Assembly (NCBI GenBank): GCA_001790815.1
Contig: MGDU01000010.1
Location: forward strand, 2,621 to 66,620
Length of the DNA stretch: 64,000 bases
Direction of reading: 5' to 3'
Source of the DNA: Candidatus Uhrbacteria bacterium RIFCSPHIGHO2_02_FULL_46_47
GTDB taxonomy: Bacteria > Patescibacteriota > Patescibacteriia > GWA2-47-26
Of the stretch, positions 11,719 through 20,645 are shown in pieces. Below the pieces are notes generated by a model. That model was not told where the DNA came from, did not search any database, and saw only the letters and a program-made list of their open reading frames with translations. The first letter of the stretch is position 1; each line of letters starts with the position of its first letter. The position numbers and the translations under genes were made by a program.

Positions 11719-13026
11719 ATGAAATTACAATGTTCGCGTTCGTTCGTCCTTCTGTTCGTGTTCTTTAGTGTGTTTGCGCCTTTGGCGCAAGCAACGGATT
11801 TTACCAGCACGAATTTTATTTTGCGTGACCCAGTTGTGACAATTGAAGGAGGGTATTCAAGCTCAACAAATTTCCAATTTTTCAGCAGCACTGGTCAGAC
11901 CGCGATCGGAGAGACTACCAGCACAAGCTTTACCCAGCGCTCCGGATTTTTATATTTTCCAACAGCAACAACGCCGGCCATTGCCGCAACAGCCGGAAAT
12001 GGTGAAGTGAGTTTGAGCTGGAGCGCGGCGACTGGCTCGCTTGGTAATGTGACAAATTATCGCGTTGGCACCGCAACAGTTTCCGGCGGACCGTATACTT
12101 ATGAGTCAGTTGGAAATGTTTTGACTTTTACCAAAACAGGACTTACTAATGGCACAACATATTATTTTGTCGTGCAAGCGCAGGCCGCAACTGAAACCGT
12201 GGCAACTTCCGCGCAGGTCTCAGCCACGCCTGCCGCGCCCGCGCCGTCCGGTGGAGGCGGAAGCGCTGTTATTGCAACATCTGCTCCCTCTGGCGCAAGT
12301 GTAATGCTTTCCGGGTGGGCCTATCCATTAAGCAATGTCGTGGTACTCAAAGACGCGCAAGTGGCAATGCGCACCATTGCCGGTCCGGACGCGAAGTTTA
12401 CTGTTGCGGTCTCCGGGCTTTCCGCGGGAACCTATACATTTTCCGCGTACGCGGAAGATAATATAGGGCGGCGTTCACAATTGTTTAATTTCAGTATTTT
12501 TGCAACACAAAATGCCAGTACGCAAATTGGCGGGATATTTATCGCGCCCAGCATTGCAACCGACAAGGTACATGTCCGCGCGGGCGATGATATTGCCATT
12601 TTTGGGCAAAGCGTTCCCAATGGAGAAATCACTATCGCGGTTAATTCGCCGGAAGAGATTTTTGTAAAAACCGCTTCGGATGGAAATGGCGCGTACTTGT
12701 ACAACTTTGATACTGCGCAACTTACGACAGGGGAACATTTTACCAAATCAAAAGCGCGCCTTAACGGCGAAGTAAGCCCGTTTGGGGTCGCGGTGAGGTT
12801 TGGCGTTGGCAAGGAGAATATTTCTTCAGTTGCCGCGCCATGTCCCAAAACGGCCGATCTTAATAACGATTGCAAGGTGAACTTGATTGATTTTTCAATC
12901 GCGGCGTATTGGTATAAACGCGAGCTCAGTACTGCGTTTGCGGAACTGGAAAAAACGCGCTTGAATGGTGATGGGAAAATTGATTTGGTGGATTTTTCTA
13001 TCATGGCGTTTTATTGGACGGGATGA
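11719..13026 (+). CDS. Secreted protein with fibronectin type III and C-terminal dockerin-like duplicated EF-hand motif
   Basis: Signal peptide; VSLSW...GLTNGTTYYFVVQA (FN3); DLNNDCKVNLIDFS / LNGDGKIDLVDFS. Confidence 0.8.
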   Translation: MKLQCSRSFVLLFVFFSVFAPLAQATDFTSTNFILRDPVVTIEGGYSSSTNFQFFSSTGQTAIGETTSTSFTQRSGFLYFPTATTPAIAATAGNGEVSLSWSAATGSLGNVTNYRVGTATVSGGPYTYESVGNVLTFTKTGLTNGTTYYFVVQAQAATETVATSAQVSATPAAPAPSGGGGSAVIATSAPSGASVMLSGWAYPLSNVVVLKDAQVAMRTIAGPDAKFTVAVSGLSAGTYTFSAYAEDNIGRRSQLFNFSIFATQNASTQIGGIFIAPSIATDKVHVRAGDDIAIFGQSVPNGEITIAVNSPEEIFVKTASDGNGAYLYNFDTAQLTTGEHFTKSKARLNGEVSPFGVAVRFGVGKENISSVAAPCPKTADLNNDCKVNLIDFSIAAYWYKRELSTAFAELEKTRLNGDGKIDLVDFSIMAFYWTG

Positions 13027-13940
13027 TTGAATGTAAAATGAAAAATGTAAAATTAAAAATTATTGTTGTCCTAATGGTGCTCGCGCCTAATTTTGCGTAC
13101 GGAGCGGAGTTTTATTTTGGCACACAATCAAAAGAAATCGGCGTGGGGCAATTGGGAGAGGTCGGAGTGTTTTTAAATACTGATGATGCGCAGATTAACG
13201 CGATTGAAGGAAAAATTATATTTTCCGATAGTGTGACGGTGAAAGAAATTCGCGAAGGCGGTTCAATGATTAGTTTGTGGGTTGAGAATCCGTCACTGAG
13301 TGATGATGACCCTAATCACTCAGTGACGATCATGTTTAGCGGGATTATCCCCGGCGGCTACACCGGTAATCGCGGATATTTGTTCTCGATAATATTTGAA
13401 AAAACTAAAGTCGGCGATGTGAAAATTGAAGTGAATGATGCGCGCGCATTGCTTAATGACGGGCAGGGGACATCGACTGAAGTACGCGTATCGCCACTCA
13501 CGCTTGCGGTCGTAGAAAAAACTGGGGCGCCGGGATATTTGCCGCCTTATGATAATGAGCCGCCGGAATCATTTGTGCCGGAGATTGCGCAAGATCCGAA
13601 TTTATTTGATGGAAAATGGTTTGTTACATTTGCCACGCAGGATAAAATTTCTGGAATTGATCGTTATGAAATCGCATTTGGTTCACTTGGCAATTTCGTT
13701 CGTGTTGAAAGTCCGTTTGTCTTGCCACTCTGGAAACAGCTGGCTGGTGGAATTGTTAGGATTAAAGCCATTGATCGCGCTTCAAACGTTCGCATTGAAA
13801 CTTTACCAATCGCCATACCTTTGCCCTGGTATGAAGATTATCGGATTTGGGGTATAATCCTAGGAGGAGCTATTATTGTATACCTCATATTTCGTCTATG
13901 GAAGCAAAAACAAATAAAACACACAAAAAAACACGAATAG
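13023..13940 (+). CDS. Cohesin-like domain membrane-anchored surface protein
   Basis: INAIEG..F...SxxSLWVxxP..FSGIIPGGY..G.LF.I.F...A.LNDG.GT; C-terminal TM; start uncertain (13023/13038). Confidence 0.7.
   Translation: MIECKMKNVKLKIIVVLMVLAPNFAYGAEFYFGTQSKEIGVGQLGEVGVFLNTDDAQINAIEGKIIFSDSVTVKEIREGGSMISLWVENPSLSDDDPNHSVTIMFSGIIPGGYTGNRGYLFSIIFEKTKVGDVKIEVNDARALLNDGQGTSTEVRVSPLTLAVVEKTGAPGYLPPYDNEPPESFVPEIAQDPNLFDGKWFVTFATQDKISGIDRYEIAFGSLGNFVRVESPFVLPLWKQLAGGIVRIKAIDRASNVRIETLPIAIPLPWYEDYRIWGIILGGAIIVYLIFRLWKQKQIKHTKKHE
13030..13062. repeat. 7-bp-period aaaatgt repeat (family E) overlapping gene start
   Basis: aatgtaa aatgaaa aatgtaa aattaaa aat. Confidence 0.7.
13291..13328. repeat. CGTC-headed hairpin, in frame
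   Basis: cgtcactgagtgat-gatgacccta-atcactcagtgacg; encodes PSLSDDDPNHSVT. Confidence 0.75.
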
Positions 13941-15331
13941 CAACACGAAAGTACACGAAACTTTTAGTGTTTTTTAGTTTATTACTCGTGCCTTTTAGTG
14001 TAGTAAAAGCGGCGCCGGCAAGTTTGTTTTTATCTCCGGCTTCCGGAACATACGGATTGAACCGTACGTTTTCGGTTGATATTGTAGTGGCAACTCCGGG
14101 TGAATCCATGAACGCAGTCCAAGGTACAGCGCGGTTTGACGCGGATCGCTTGGAAGTAGTTTCCTTAAATAAGGACGGATCAATTTTAAGTCTTTGGATT
14201 CAGGAGCCCAGGTTTTCTAATCGTGAGGGGACTGTAACATTTGAAGGGATACGGTTAAATCCCGGTTATCAAGGTACGGCGGGGAAATTGCTTACGGTCG
14301 TATTTAAAACCAGAGCGCTGGGAACCGCGAAACTGAATTTTTCATCCGCGTCAGTTTTGGCAAATGACGGCAAGGCAACCAATATCATTACGGCGCTGGG
14401 AACCGCGGCGTATCAAATCGTAGTGCCGGAGCTTGCGCCGGAGGAAATTGACGCGACAGAAGGCGTTTTGCGCGAAACTAATATTATTTCTCCCACCCAT
14501 AGTAATCCGGAAAAATGGTACGCGCTTCGGGCGGTTCAATTTGAATGGACGTTGCCTTCTTCGATTGATGGCGCATCCTTTGTCGTCAATCAAGAGCCGG
14601 ATACTACTGTGCGAGAAAAATCGTTCGGACGATTATCAAGTTATACCTACGAGGTTGCCGAGGACGGCCTATGGTATTTTCACCTGCGCCTGCGCAATCC
14701 CAAGGGATGGGGACTGACCAGCCATTTCAAATTCCAGGTTGATACCGTTGCGCCCGAGCCATTTACTATCTCGTTTATTGATGGCAGAGAAACTGATCTG
14801 CCCCAGCCGCGGATTTTTTTCTTTGCCAATGATGCAGTTTCGGGAATTGAATATTATGAGGTAAAGGTAGATGAGGGCAGTTTTTTCAGAGTCGCCCCTG
14901 AGGAGCTTATGAGCGCGCCAGTATCTCTTCCCTCGCTTTCTCCCGGCATACATACAGCGTTTGTGTATGCCTATGATCGCGCTGGCAATGTTAGGAGTTC
15001 GGCTGAAGAATTTTCCGTTGTGGCGCCAAAAGCAACGCGTTCGGTTTTGCGCATTGGAAAAGTACAGGTGCCTTATTTTGCGGTTGTCGCAATCTTGATT
15101 GGATTTGCCCTTGCGCTTATTTTCATTTTGTTGCTAGCCTGGTGGCAATTCTTACGTTTTCGCAAAAAACTCAAAAAAGAAGCGCATGAGGTGGAAGAGG
15201 TTCTGCATAAATCTCTTGATCGGATACGCGAGGATGCCGGTAGAAGGTCTGGTAAGATTAAAAAAGACGCTGATGACGCGGAAAAGGCGGTGCGGAAAGA
15301 GATTGAGGATATTGAAAAGGAGGTGAAGTGA
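13898..15331 (+). CDS. Cohesin-like/Ig-like surface protein with C-terminal TM and coiled coil
   Basis: LFLSPASG...MNAVQG..F...SILSLWIQEP..G.V.FEG...ANDG; TM near C-terminus; start uncertain. Confidence 0.7.
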   Translation: MEAKTNKTHKKTRIATRKYTKLLVFFSLLLVPFSVVKAAPASLFLSPASGTYGLNRTFSVDIVVATPGESMNAVQGTARFDADRLEVVSLNKDGSILSLWIQEPRFSNREGTVTFEGIRLNPGYQGTAGKLLTVVFKTRALGTAKLNFSSASVLANDGKATNIITALGTAAYQIVVPELAPEEIDATEGVLRETNIISPTHSNPEKWYALRAVQFEWTLPSSIDGASFVVNQEPDTTVREKSFGRLSSYTYEVAEDGLWYFHLRLRNPKGWGLTSHFKFQVDTVAPEPFTISFIDGRETDLPQPRIFFFANDAVSGIEYYEVKVDEGSFFRVAPEELMSAPVSLPSLSPGIHTAFVYAYDRAGNVRSSAEEFSVVAPKATRSVLRIGKVQVPYFAVVAILIGFALALIFILLLAWWQFLRFRKKLKKEAHEVEEVLHKSLDRIREDAGRRSGKIKKDADDAEKAVRKEIEDIEKEVK

Positions 15332-15356
15332 CGGAATGTAAAATTAAAAATGTAAA

Positions 15357-16763
15357 ATGAAAAATGAGTGTATGAAGGAAGTAGTAATATCTATCCTCCA
15401 GGTATTTGCCAAGCTCATTTTGCAAAAATATAAACCCACTATTGTCGCTATAACCGGTTCGGTTGGAAAAACGTCAACCAAAGAGGCAATTTACGCGGTT
15501 CTTGCTTCAAAATTTTCCGTACGCGCGACGCCCAGAAATTATAATAATGAATTGGGCGTACCGCTGACTATAATTGGAGCAGGACTTAGCCCTGAGCGTG
15601 AAAGGGCTAAGTCCTTGTTTCTTGGAAAGTCACCTTTTCGCTGGTGTAGAGTATTTTGCAGAGCATTGTGGCAAATTATCATGCCTGCGCGCTATCCGGC
15701 AATATTAGTGCTGGAGATGGGAGCAGATCGGCCAAAAGACATACAAAAACTCGTAAAACTTGCTCCGCCAAAAATTGGGGTGGTAACTGCTATTGCGCCA
15801 GTGCATACTGAATTTTTTGGCGATGTGGAAAAAGTGGCGCGTGAAAAAAGGCGTCTTGTTGAAGCAGTGCCAAAGCAGGGGACAGTGGTATTAAATATAG
15901 ATGATGAAATGGTGCGTGAGTTTGCAAAGCATGCAAAAAGTACGGTTGTTGGTTATGGAATTGAGAGCAATGAGGCAGAAGTAAGGGCAGTTGAGGTGCA
16001 TGATGATATTGAAATAGGGGGAAGCCGAACCTCCGATGCTTCGGAGGTTCGGCTTCCAGACATTGAATTAGGCAGTATTCATTTCAAAATTATAACTGAC
16101 GGCTCTGCCGTGCCCGTGCATTTGCCTAGTGTGTTGGGCCACGCCCACGTGTACGCGGCGCTTGCCGCTTGCGCAGTGGGACGCGCGTTTGGAATGCACA
16201 TGGTTGAAATTTCCCGTGCGCTGTTAAATTATGCTCCGCCTCCCGGCCGCATGCGAATTATTGCTGGCATTAAAAATACGGTGATCATTGACGATACTTA
16301 CAATGCTTCTCCGCGGGCAACTGTAGCCGCCCTTGAAACACTTGGAGGGCTAAGCCCTTTTTCAAAATCAGGGCTTAGCCCTGTGCGTTACGCCGTGCTT
16401 GGCGATATGCTGGAGTTAGGGCCTTATACAGAATCCGGCCATCGCGAAGTGGGCCGCGTTGCGGCGCAAAATGCCGATGTAGTTATTGGCGTGGGTGTCA
16501 GTGCGCAATGGCTTGTTGATGAGGCAAATAAAACCCGTCTAAATTTACCCTCTGCTGAAGGAAATTTTGTCGGGCATTTGCATACCCATGACGAAGCCGA
16601 ACATTTTTTGCAGGAGCGAATACGGCCGGGCGATGTGATACTGATCAAAGGATCTCAAAGCATGCGCATGGAGAAGCTCGTCAAAGGTCTAATGGCTGAA
16701 CCTTTGCGCGCGGATGAATTATTATGCCGACAAGAAAAAGAATGGTTGACACGACAACACTAA
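15357..16763 (+). CDS. murF: UDP-N-acetylmuramoyl-tripeptide--D-Ala-D-Ala ligase
   Basis: AITGSVGKTSTKE, NNELGVPLT, LEMG, DDTYNASP, LGDMLELG, IKGS. Confidence 0.93.
   Translation: MKNECMKEVVISILQVFAKLILQKYKPTIVAITGSVGKTSTKEAIYAVLASKFSVRATPRNYNNELGVPLTIIGAGLSPERERAKSLFLGKSPFRWCRVFCRALWQIIMPARYPAILVLEMGADRPKDIQKLVKLAPPKIGVVTAIAPVHTEFFGDVEKVAREKRRLVEAVPKQGTVVLNIDDEMVREFAKHAKSTVVGYGIESNEAEVRAVEVHDDIEIGGSRTSDASEVRLPDIELGSIHFKIITDGSAVPVHLPSVLGHAHVYAALAACAVGRAFGMHMVEISRALLNYAPPPGRMRIIAGIKNTVIIDDTYNASPRATVAALETLGGLSPFSKSGLSPVRYAVLGDMLELGPYTESGHREVGRVAAQNADVVIGVGVSAQWLVDEANKTRLNLPSAEGNFVGHLHTHDEAEHFLQERIRPGDVILIKGSQSMRMEKLVKGLMAEPLRADELLCRQEKEWLTRQH
15581..15615. repeat. Family C doublet in frame in murF
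   Basis: aggacttagccct-gagcgtgaa-agggctaagtcct. Confidence 0.85.
16020..16057. repeat. Family B-like perfect hairpin in frame in murF
   Basis: ggaagccgaacctccga-tgct-tcggaggttcggcttcc; encodes GSRTSDASEVRLP. Confidence 0.85.
16346..16382. repeat. Family C doublet in frame in murF
   Basis: agggctaagccct-N11-agggcttagccct; encodes GLSPFSKSGLSP. Confidence 0.85.
16534..16574. repeat. cccgcc/aaattt-type hairpin (GIY-YIG TIR-like) in frame in murF
   Basis: cccgtctaaattt...aaattttgtcggg. Confidence 0.6.
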
Positions 16764-16795
16764 GTGATGTACAACACGCAGTGTTGTACGTGTTA

Positions 16796-16870
16796 GGCCC
16801 TATCGTCTAGTCCGGTCTAGGACATCTGCTTCTCAGGCAGAAGACCGGGGTTCAAATCCCCGTGGGGCTA
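16796..16870 (+). tRNA. tRNA-Glu (anticodon CTC), CCA not encoded
   Basis: Acceptor ggcccta/tggggct, anticodon arm tctgc-ttCTCag-gcaga, T-arm ggggttcaaatcccc. Confidence 0.93.
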
Positions 16871-16908
16871 TGGTATAATTAAACTATAATTCAATAATTA
16901 CTAATTTT

Positions 16909-18129
16909 ATGCCCAATCTTTGTTATTTTTGCCATTTTCATCGTGGGGATAAGAAGGAGAAAACAATTAAAATCGGGGGAAGTCTTTTAGTCGCAATAGC
17001 GCTTTTTATATTTGGATTTTCCATACAAATAAGTTCAGCGTCCGAGCAAGAGGCAGATTTTCTCGCCGCGTTAGTTCCTGAACCGGGATATTTGATAATG
17101 GCCGCAACCGACGCGGAAACAACAATGCCCGCGCCAATGTCTGTTTCCGAGCCGACTGCGCAAAGCGGCGGCACGGAAACAAAGTGTCCGTCGGGCGAAG
17201 AATATGGGAAAAACGATCAAGGGCAAATGACCTGTGTTAGGCGCGAAGAGGGTATGGAAATGAAAGGAGAAATGGACAATGAAAAGCAGGATGCGCAACG
17301 GGAGGAATTTGAAAAAGCGCAAATGGAGCGCGAGCGGAATGAGATTTTAAAGCGCCAACTTCCGCAACAGCGCCGGGAGCTTAACAAAGTTGTCAAGCAA
17401 TTAAAACGATTGAAAGGCGCCGATGACGATGTTGCATCCGCGCAAATAATTGCGGAATCTTTGAATACTCATGAGAGCGCGATTAAGAACGCGCGGGAAG
17501 TAGAGGATATGCGCGACGCGATTTCCGCGTATCGCGAAGACGAGATGTGGGAAAAGATTAATGATGTGCGGCGAAAAGTAGAGCTTCCGCGGGAACTAAA
17601 CTCTCTTTATAAAGAGTTGAAAAAAATTGAAAAAATATTGGCAACCAAATCATACCAAAAGCTTGGCTATAATTTAGAGGCGGTAAAAGCGCGATTGCAG
17701 GAATTATTTGCGATGCACAGCTCAGCCAAAGCCGCCTACGCAGAAGGAAACTTTGAAGACGCGGAAGCAACGCTTCAGGAGTTTCATAATAATTTTCCGG
17801 GCAATCTTCTTGGCGCGCTTGGCCGTTTGCGCGATATGCGCAATCAATTGCGCGGCATTAAAGATAAAGACTTCAAAGCCGATATAGAAGATTTACTGCA
17901 GGATCCGCTTGCGGACATTAATAGCGGTGAATGGCAAGACGCGCGTGAGTCGCTGGATGCGATTTGGCGCGAGCTTGGGCCGGTCGTTTGGCAGAAAATT
18001 ATGCGCAGTGAGAAAAACCGCAGCGGCGTGCCAGAAGAGATGTTTGAAAAGATTCAGAAACTGAAAGAAAAACTTGGTGAAGAAGGAGAAGAACCGCAAA
18101 CGCAAATGCCGCAGTCAACACCACAATAA
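16909..18129 (+). CDS. Exported alpha-helical/coiled-coil hypothetical protein
   Basis: 406-aa ORF, N-terminal hydrophobic segment, charged helical body. Confidence 0.75.
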   Translation: MPNLCYFCHFHRGDKKEKTIKIGGSLLVAIALFIFGFSIQISSASEQEADFLAALVPEPGYLIMAATDAETTMPAPMSVSEPTAQSGGTETKCPSGEEYGKNDQGQMTCVRREEGMEMKGEMDNEKQDAQREEFEKAQMERERNEILKRQLPQQRRELNKVVKQLKRLKGADDDVASAQIIAESLNTHESAIKNAREVEDMRDAISAYREDEMWEKINDVRRKVELPRELNSLYKELKKIEKILATKSYQKLGYNLEAVKARLQELFAMHSSAKAAYAEGNFEDAEATLQEFHNNFPGNLLGALGRLRDMRNQLRGIKDKDFKADIEDLLQDPLADINSGEWQDARESLDAIWRELGPVVWQKIMRSEKNRSGVPEEMFEKIQKLKEKLGEEGEEPQTQMPQSTPQ

Positions 18130-18140
18130 ATGAGGAGACC

Positions 18141-18377
18141 ATGCCGCTCAACACCGAGGAAAGAGTTGCGCGTGAGATCGAAGATGAGTTCATACGTCTG
18201 CAAAGCCAGGGCAAGATCTTGGAGGGGGTAAAGCTCAAGATCGTGCAGGAAAGGAGTCAGGATCCGGAATTTGTTTGGCAGATTGCGGCGTACAACGCGA
18301 TAACCCTTCATCGGATAATCCAGATCGAGTCCAAGCCGTTTAAGCTCAGAAGGCAGTCGTGGATTACCCTGCCGTAA
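18141..18377 (+). CDS. Small hypothetical protein
   Basis: 78 aa, good SD (gaggag) upstream of ATG. Confidence 0.55.
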   Translation: MPLNTEERVAREIEDEFIRLQSQGKILEGVKLKIVQERSQDPEFVWQIAAYNAITLHRIIQIESKPFKLRRQSWITLP

Positions 18378-18470
18378 GCGCGCCTCGCCGCGGCAGTCTG
18401 TACATGGCCAAGGTGGCAGAAGAGCACCTTGGCTTTTTTCATTGAGTTTGTTATACTGGAAGATGTCAAT

Positions 18471-18766
18471 ATGCCCGCCTAAGTTTTTGCACATATGTTC
18501 TCGTACGTGTATATTTTAAGAAGCGAAAAAGATGGCAAGATGTATATAGGATGCACTGATAATCTACAAAAACGCCTACGAGAACATAACGCAGGTGGGT
18601 CATTTGCCACACAAACCAGGATACCGCTAACGCTTATTTACTATGAAGCTTATCCCCATAGAAAAGATGCTGAACAACGCGAGAAATTTTTCAAAACAGG
18701 ATGGGGTAGACAATATATGCAACGAGCTCTAAAACATTACTTTAGTGCAAAAATTTAGGCGGGTAT
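18471..18766. mobile_element. GIY-YIG nuclease gene bounded by ~22-bp terminal inverted repeats
   Basis: atgcccgcctaagtttttgcac (18471-18492) / gtgcaaaaatttaggcgggtat (18745-18766), 20/22 complementary. Confidence 0.65.
18495..18758 (+). CDS. Stand-alone GIY-YIG nuclease
   Basis: YVYILRS..DGKMYIGCT.NL.KRL.EHN.G...T....P..LIYYE...A..RE..FK. Confidence 0.92.
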   Translation: MFSYVYILRSEKDGKMYIGCTDNLQKRLREHNAGGSFATQTRIPLTLIYYEAYPHRKDAEQREKFFKTGWGRQYMQRALKHYFSAKI

Positions 18767-19037
18767 GACGAATGTGGATGAATTAAAAAGCAAGCTTACG
18801 CAGGAGAATTTTACCGAAGTTTGGCTGCGCACTGAGCCGGCAGGGTATGCCTATGATGATCATACCCATCCGGTGGATACGGTATATATTGTAATAACCG
18901 GCGAACTGGTTACCAATACCGGCGGAAAAGAAGCAACGATCGGGCCGGGTCAGCGCTGGGATGTTCCGAAAAATATGCCGCATTCCTCGCACATTGGTCC
19001 TGAGGGATGCACCTATCTCACTGGCGTAAAAATGTGA
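18765..19037 (+). CDS. Cupin domain protein
   Basis: HTHP...GEL...GPG....VP.N.PH. Confidence 0.85.
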   Translation: MTNVDELKSKLTQENFTEVWLRTEPAGYAYDDHTHPVDTVYIVITGELVTNTGGKEATIGPGQRWDVPKNMPHSSHIGPEGCTYLTGVKM

Positions 19038-19055
19038 GTGTAGTATAGTAGATGT

Positions 19056-19607
19056 ATGTTAGGGGGAATACAGCAGTTAGTCTCAAGCATCAATTGGTCT
19101 CGGCCAAGCTGGGATTTATTCATTTTTTTGTTTTTCTTTATTATCGCGTTTTTGTACGGTTTTTCTTTGGGACGCGACCGTATTTTAGTGATTTTAGTTT
19201 CCATCTATATTGCCCTGGCGGTAGTTCCCGCCTTTCCTTATCTTGATCGTCTACATCTTGATGTGTCAGTGCAGGGTTTTGCATTCCGCGTAACCTCGTT
19301 TTACATTGTATTCGTAGTTTTGTTTTTCCTGTTATCTCGCTCCGCGCTTGTGAATCTCTTGGGCGCGCAAAACACAGGAGTGGGAGATCGTTTAATTGAG
19401 GTTATTATTTTTAGTATTTTGCACGTTGGACTTTTAGTTTCTGTTACGCTCTCTTTTTTACCTCAAAATGCCCTGATGCAGCTTTCTACCGGCACGCGCG
19501 AAGTATTTACCTCTGATATGGGCAAGTTTTTGTGGCTTGTCGCGCCGGTAATCGCAATGATTATATCTTCACACCATCGATGGCGAAGAGGAGGATTCCA
19601 GGGCTAA
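19056..19607 (+). CDS. Multi-pass membrane protein
   Basis: About 5 hydrophobic segments; stop codon supplied by a family C palindrome. Confidence 0.8.
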   Translation: MLGGIQQLVSSINWSRPSWDLFIFLFFFIIAFLYGFSLGRDRILVILVSIYIALAVVPAFPYLDRLHLDVSVQGFAFRVTSFYIVFVVLFFLLSRSALVNLLGAQNTGVGDRLIEVIIFSILHVGLLVSVTLSFLPQNALMQLSTGTREVFTSDMGKFLWLVAPVIAMIISSHHRWRRGGFQG

Positions 19608-19634
19608 GCCCTGTGGCATCTTAGGGCTTAGCCC
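19600..19634. repeat. Family C doublet overlapping stop codon
   Basis: agggctaagccct-N10-agggcttagccc. Confidence 0.8.
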
Positions 19635-19672
19635 CGTATGTGTGCTATAATGGAGTGATATATAGTATAGTT

Positions 19673-20644
19673 ATGTTGTCCAGAAAACAACTCTCCATTT
19701 CGATTATTTCCTCCTTACTGATTAGTGTGGGCGGGGCATTTGTGCTGGGAGGAGTGCAGGCGCAAGTAACCTGTACAACCGATGCGAATTGCGTGAGTCT
19801 TGGCCCGGAATTTCGCTGTGTGTCCAGTCGCTGTAATCTTCCGCCGCCGATTTGGAATGTGGATGGAACAGGACTGGCAAGTGGCGGTCAAAACGCGCAG
19901 ATTTTTTTAACCGGTAGCGCCGCCACGAATTCAGCGCGATTTGGAAATTTGCAAATTGGTTTTGGAAATCAAATTAACAATCTTGCAACAAGCGGTACTG
20001 CGCGCGAAGTTGCTGTACAATATCAAAGTGGCAATCAGGGGTTTACAGTGTATAATGGAGGTACAGAGCCACGTCTGCGTGTGGATAGCGCTGGCAATGT
20101 AAGCATTGCGCAAGGGCTGAATGTAGGAGGCGCGACTGGCGCAGGCGCAGGGGAAATTCTTGCATCAGGCAATATCCAAAGTACAGCCGGTATGATTCGC
20201 GGAAATTTTGTGGCTAGTGATGGGACAGTTTGCGCAAGCGGACAAATTCTTCAGCGCAGTGGCGCCGCCTGGGTGTGCGCAGCGCTTGCCGGGCCATGCA
20301 ATGGCGCGGTGTATGAGCAACCTTCGGCGCTTTCAAGGGACGGCAATCGCGGAGGATATTTGAGCGCCCGTATTGAATGTCCTCCTGCAATGCATATCTG
20401 CACAACATCGGAGATTCTTGAAAGCATACAATGCGGCGCGTTTTCTGGAAATGATACCAACGGAGGAGCGCCGATGTGGATTAACAATCTTGCGCCATCT
20501 CTTCCAACGCCGACCAATGACTGTGGAGGTTGGACAACAAATGCAAGCGCCTCTGTAGGAGTGGTGTATACTTATAATGCGGCCGGAGGAGTGGCCGGCA
20601 CTGCCGGATGCAATAGTGTACTTAAATTCGCCTGTTGTCAATGA
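19673..20644 (+). CDS. Secreted Cys-rich protein with C-terminal ...ACC domain (paralog 1)
   Basis: Signal peptide; HICT.EIL.SI.C...W...NDC.GW...C...FACCQ. Confidence 0.75.
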   Translation: MLSRKQLSISIISSLLISVGGAFVLGGVQAQVTCTTDANCVSLGPEFRCVSSRCNLPPPIWNVDGTGLASGGQNAQIFLTGSAATNSARFGNLQIGFGNQINNLATSGTAREVAVQYQSGNQGFTVYNGGTEPRLRVDSAGNVSIAQGLNVGGATGAGAGEILASGNIQSTAGMIRGNFVASDGTVCASGQILQRSGAAWVCAALAGPCNGAVYEQPSALSRDGNRGGYLSARIECPPAMHICTTSEILESIQCGAFSGNDTNGGAPMWINNLAPSLPTPTNDCGGWTTNASASVGVVYTYNAAGGVAGTAGCNSVLKFACCQ

Positions 20645-20645
20645 T

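Noticed and set aside
11580-11768. 62-aa ORF and 5' extension of ORF 11659
   Set aside because: Made of family D and A repeat sequence; the real start is probably ATG 11719
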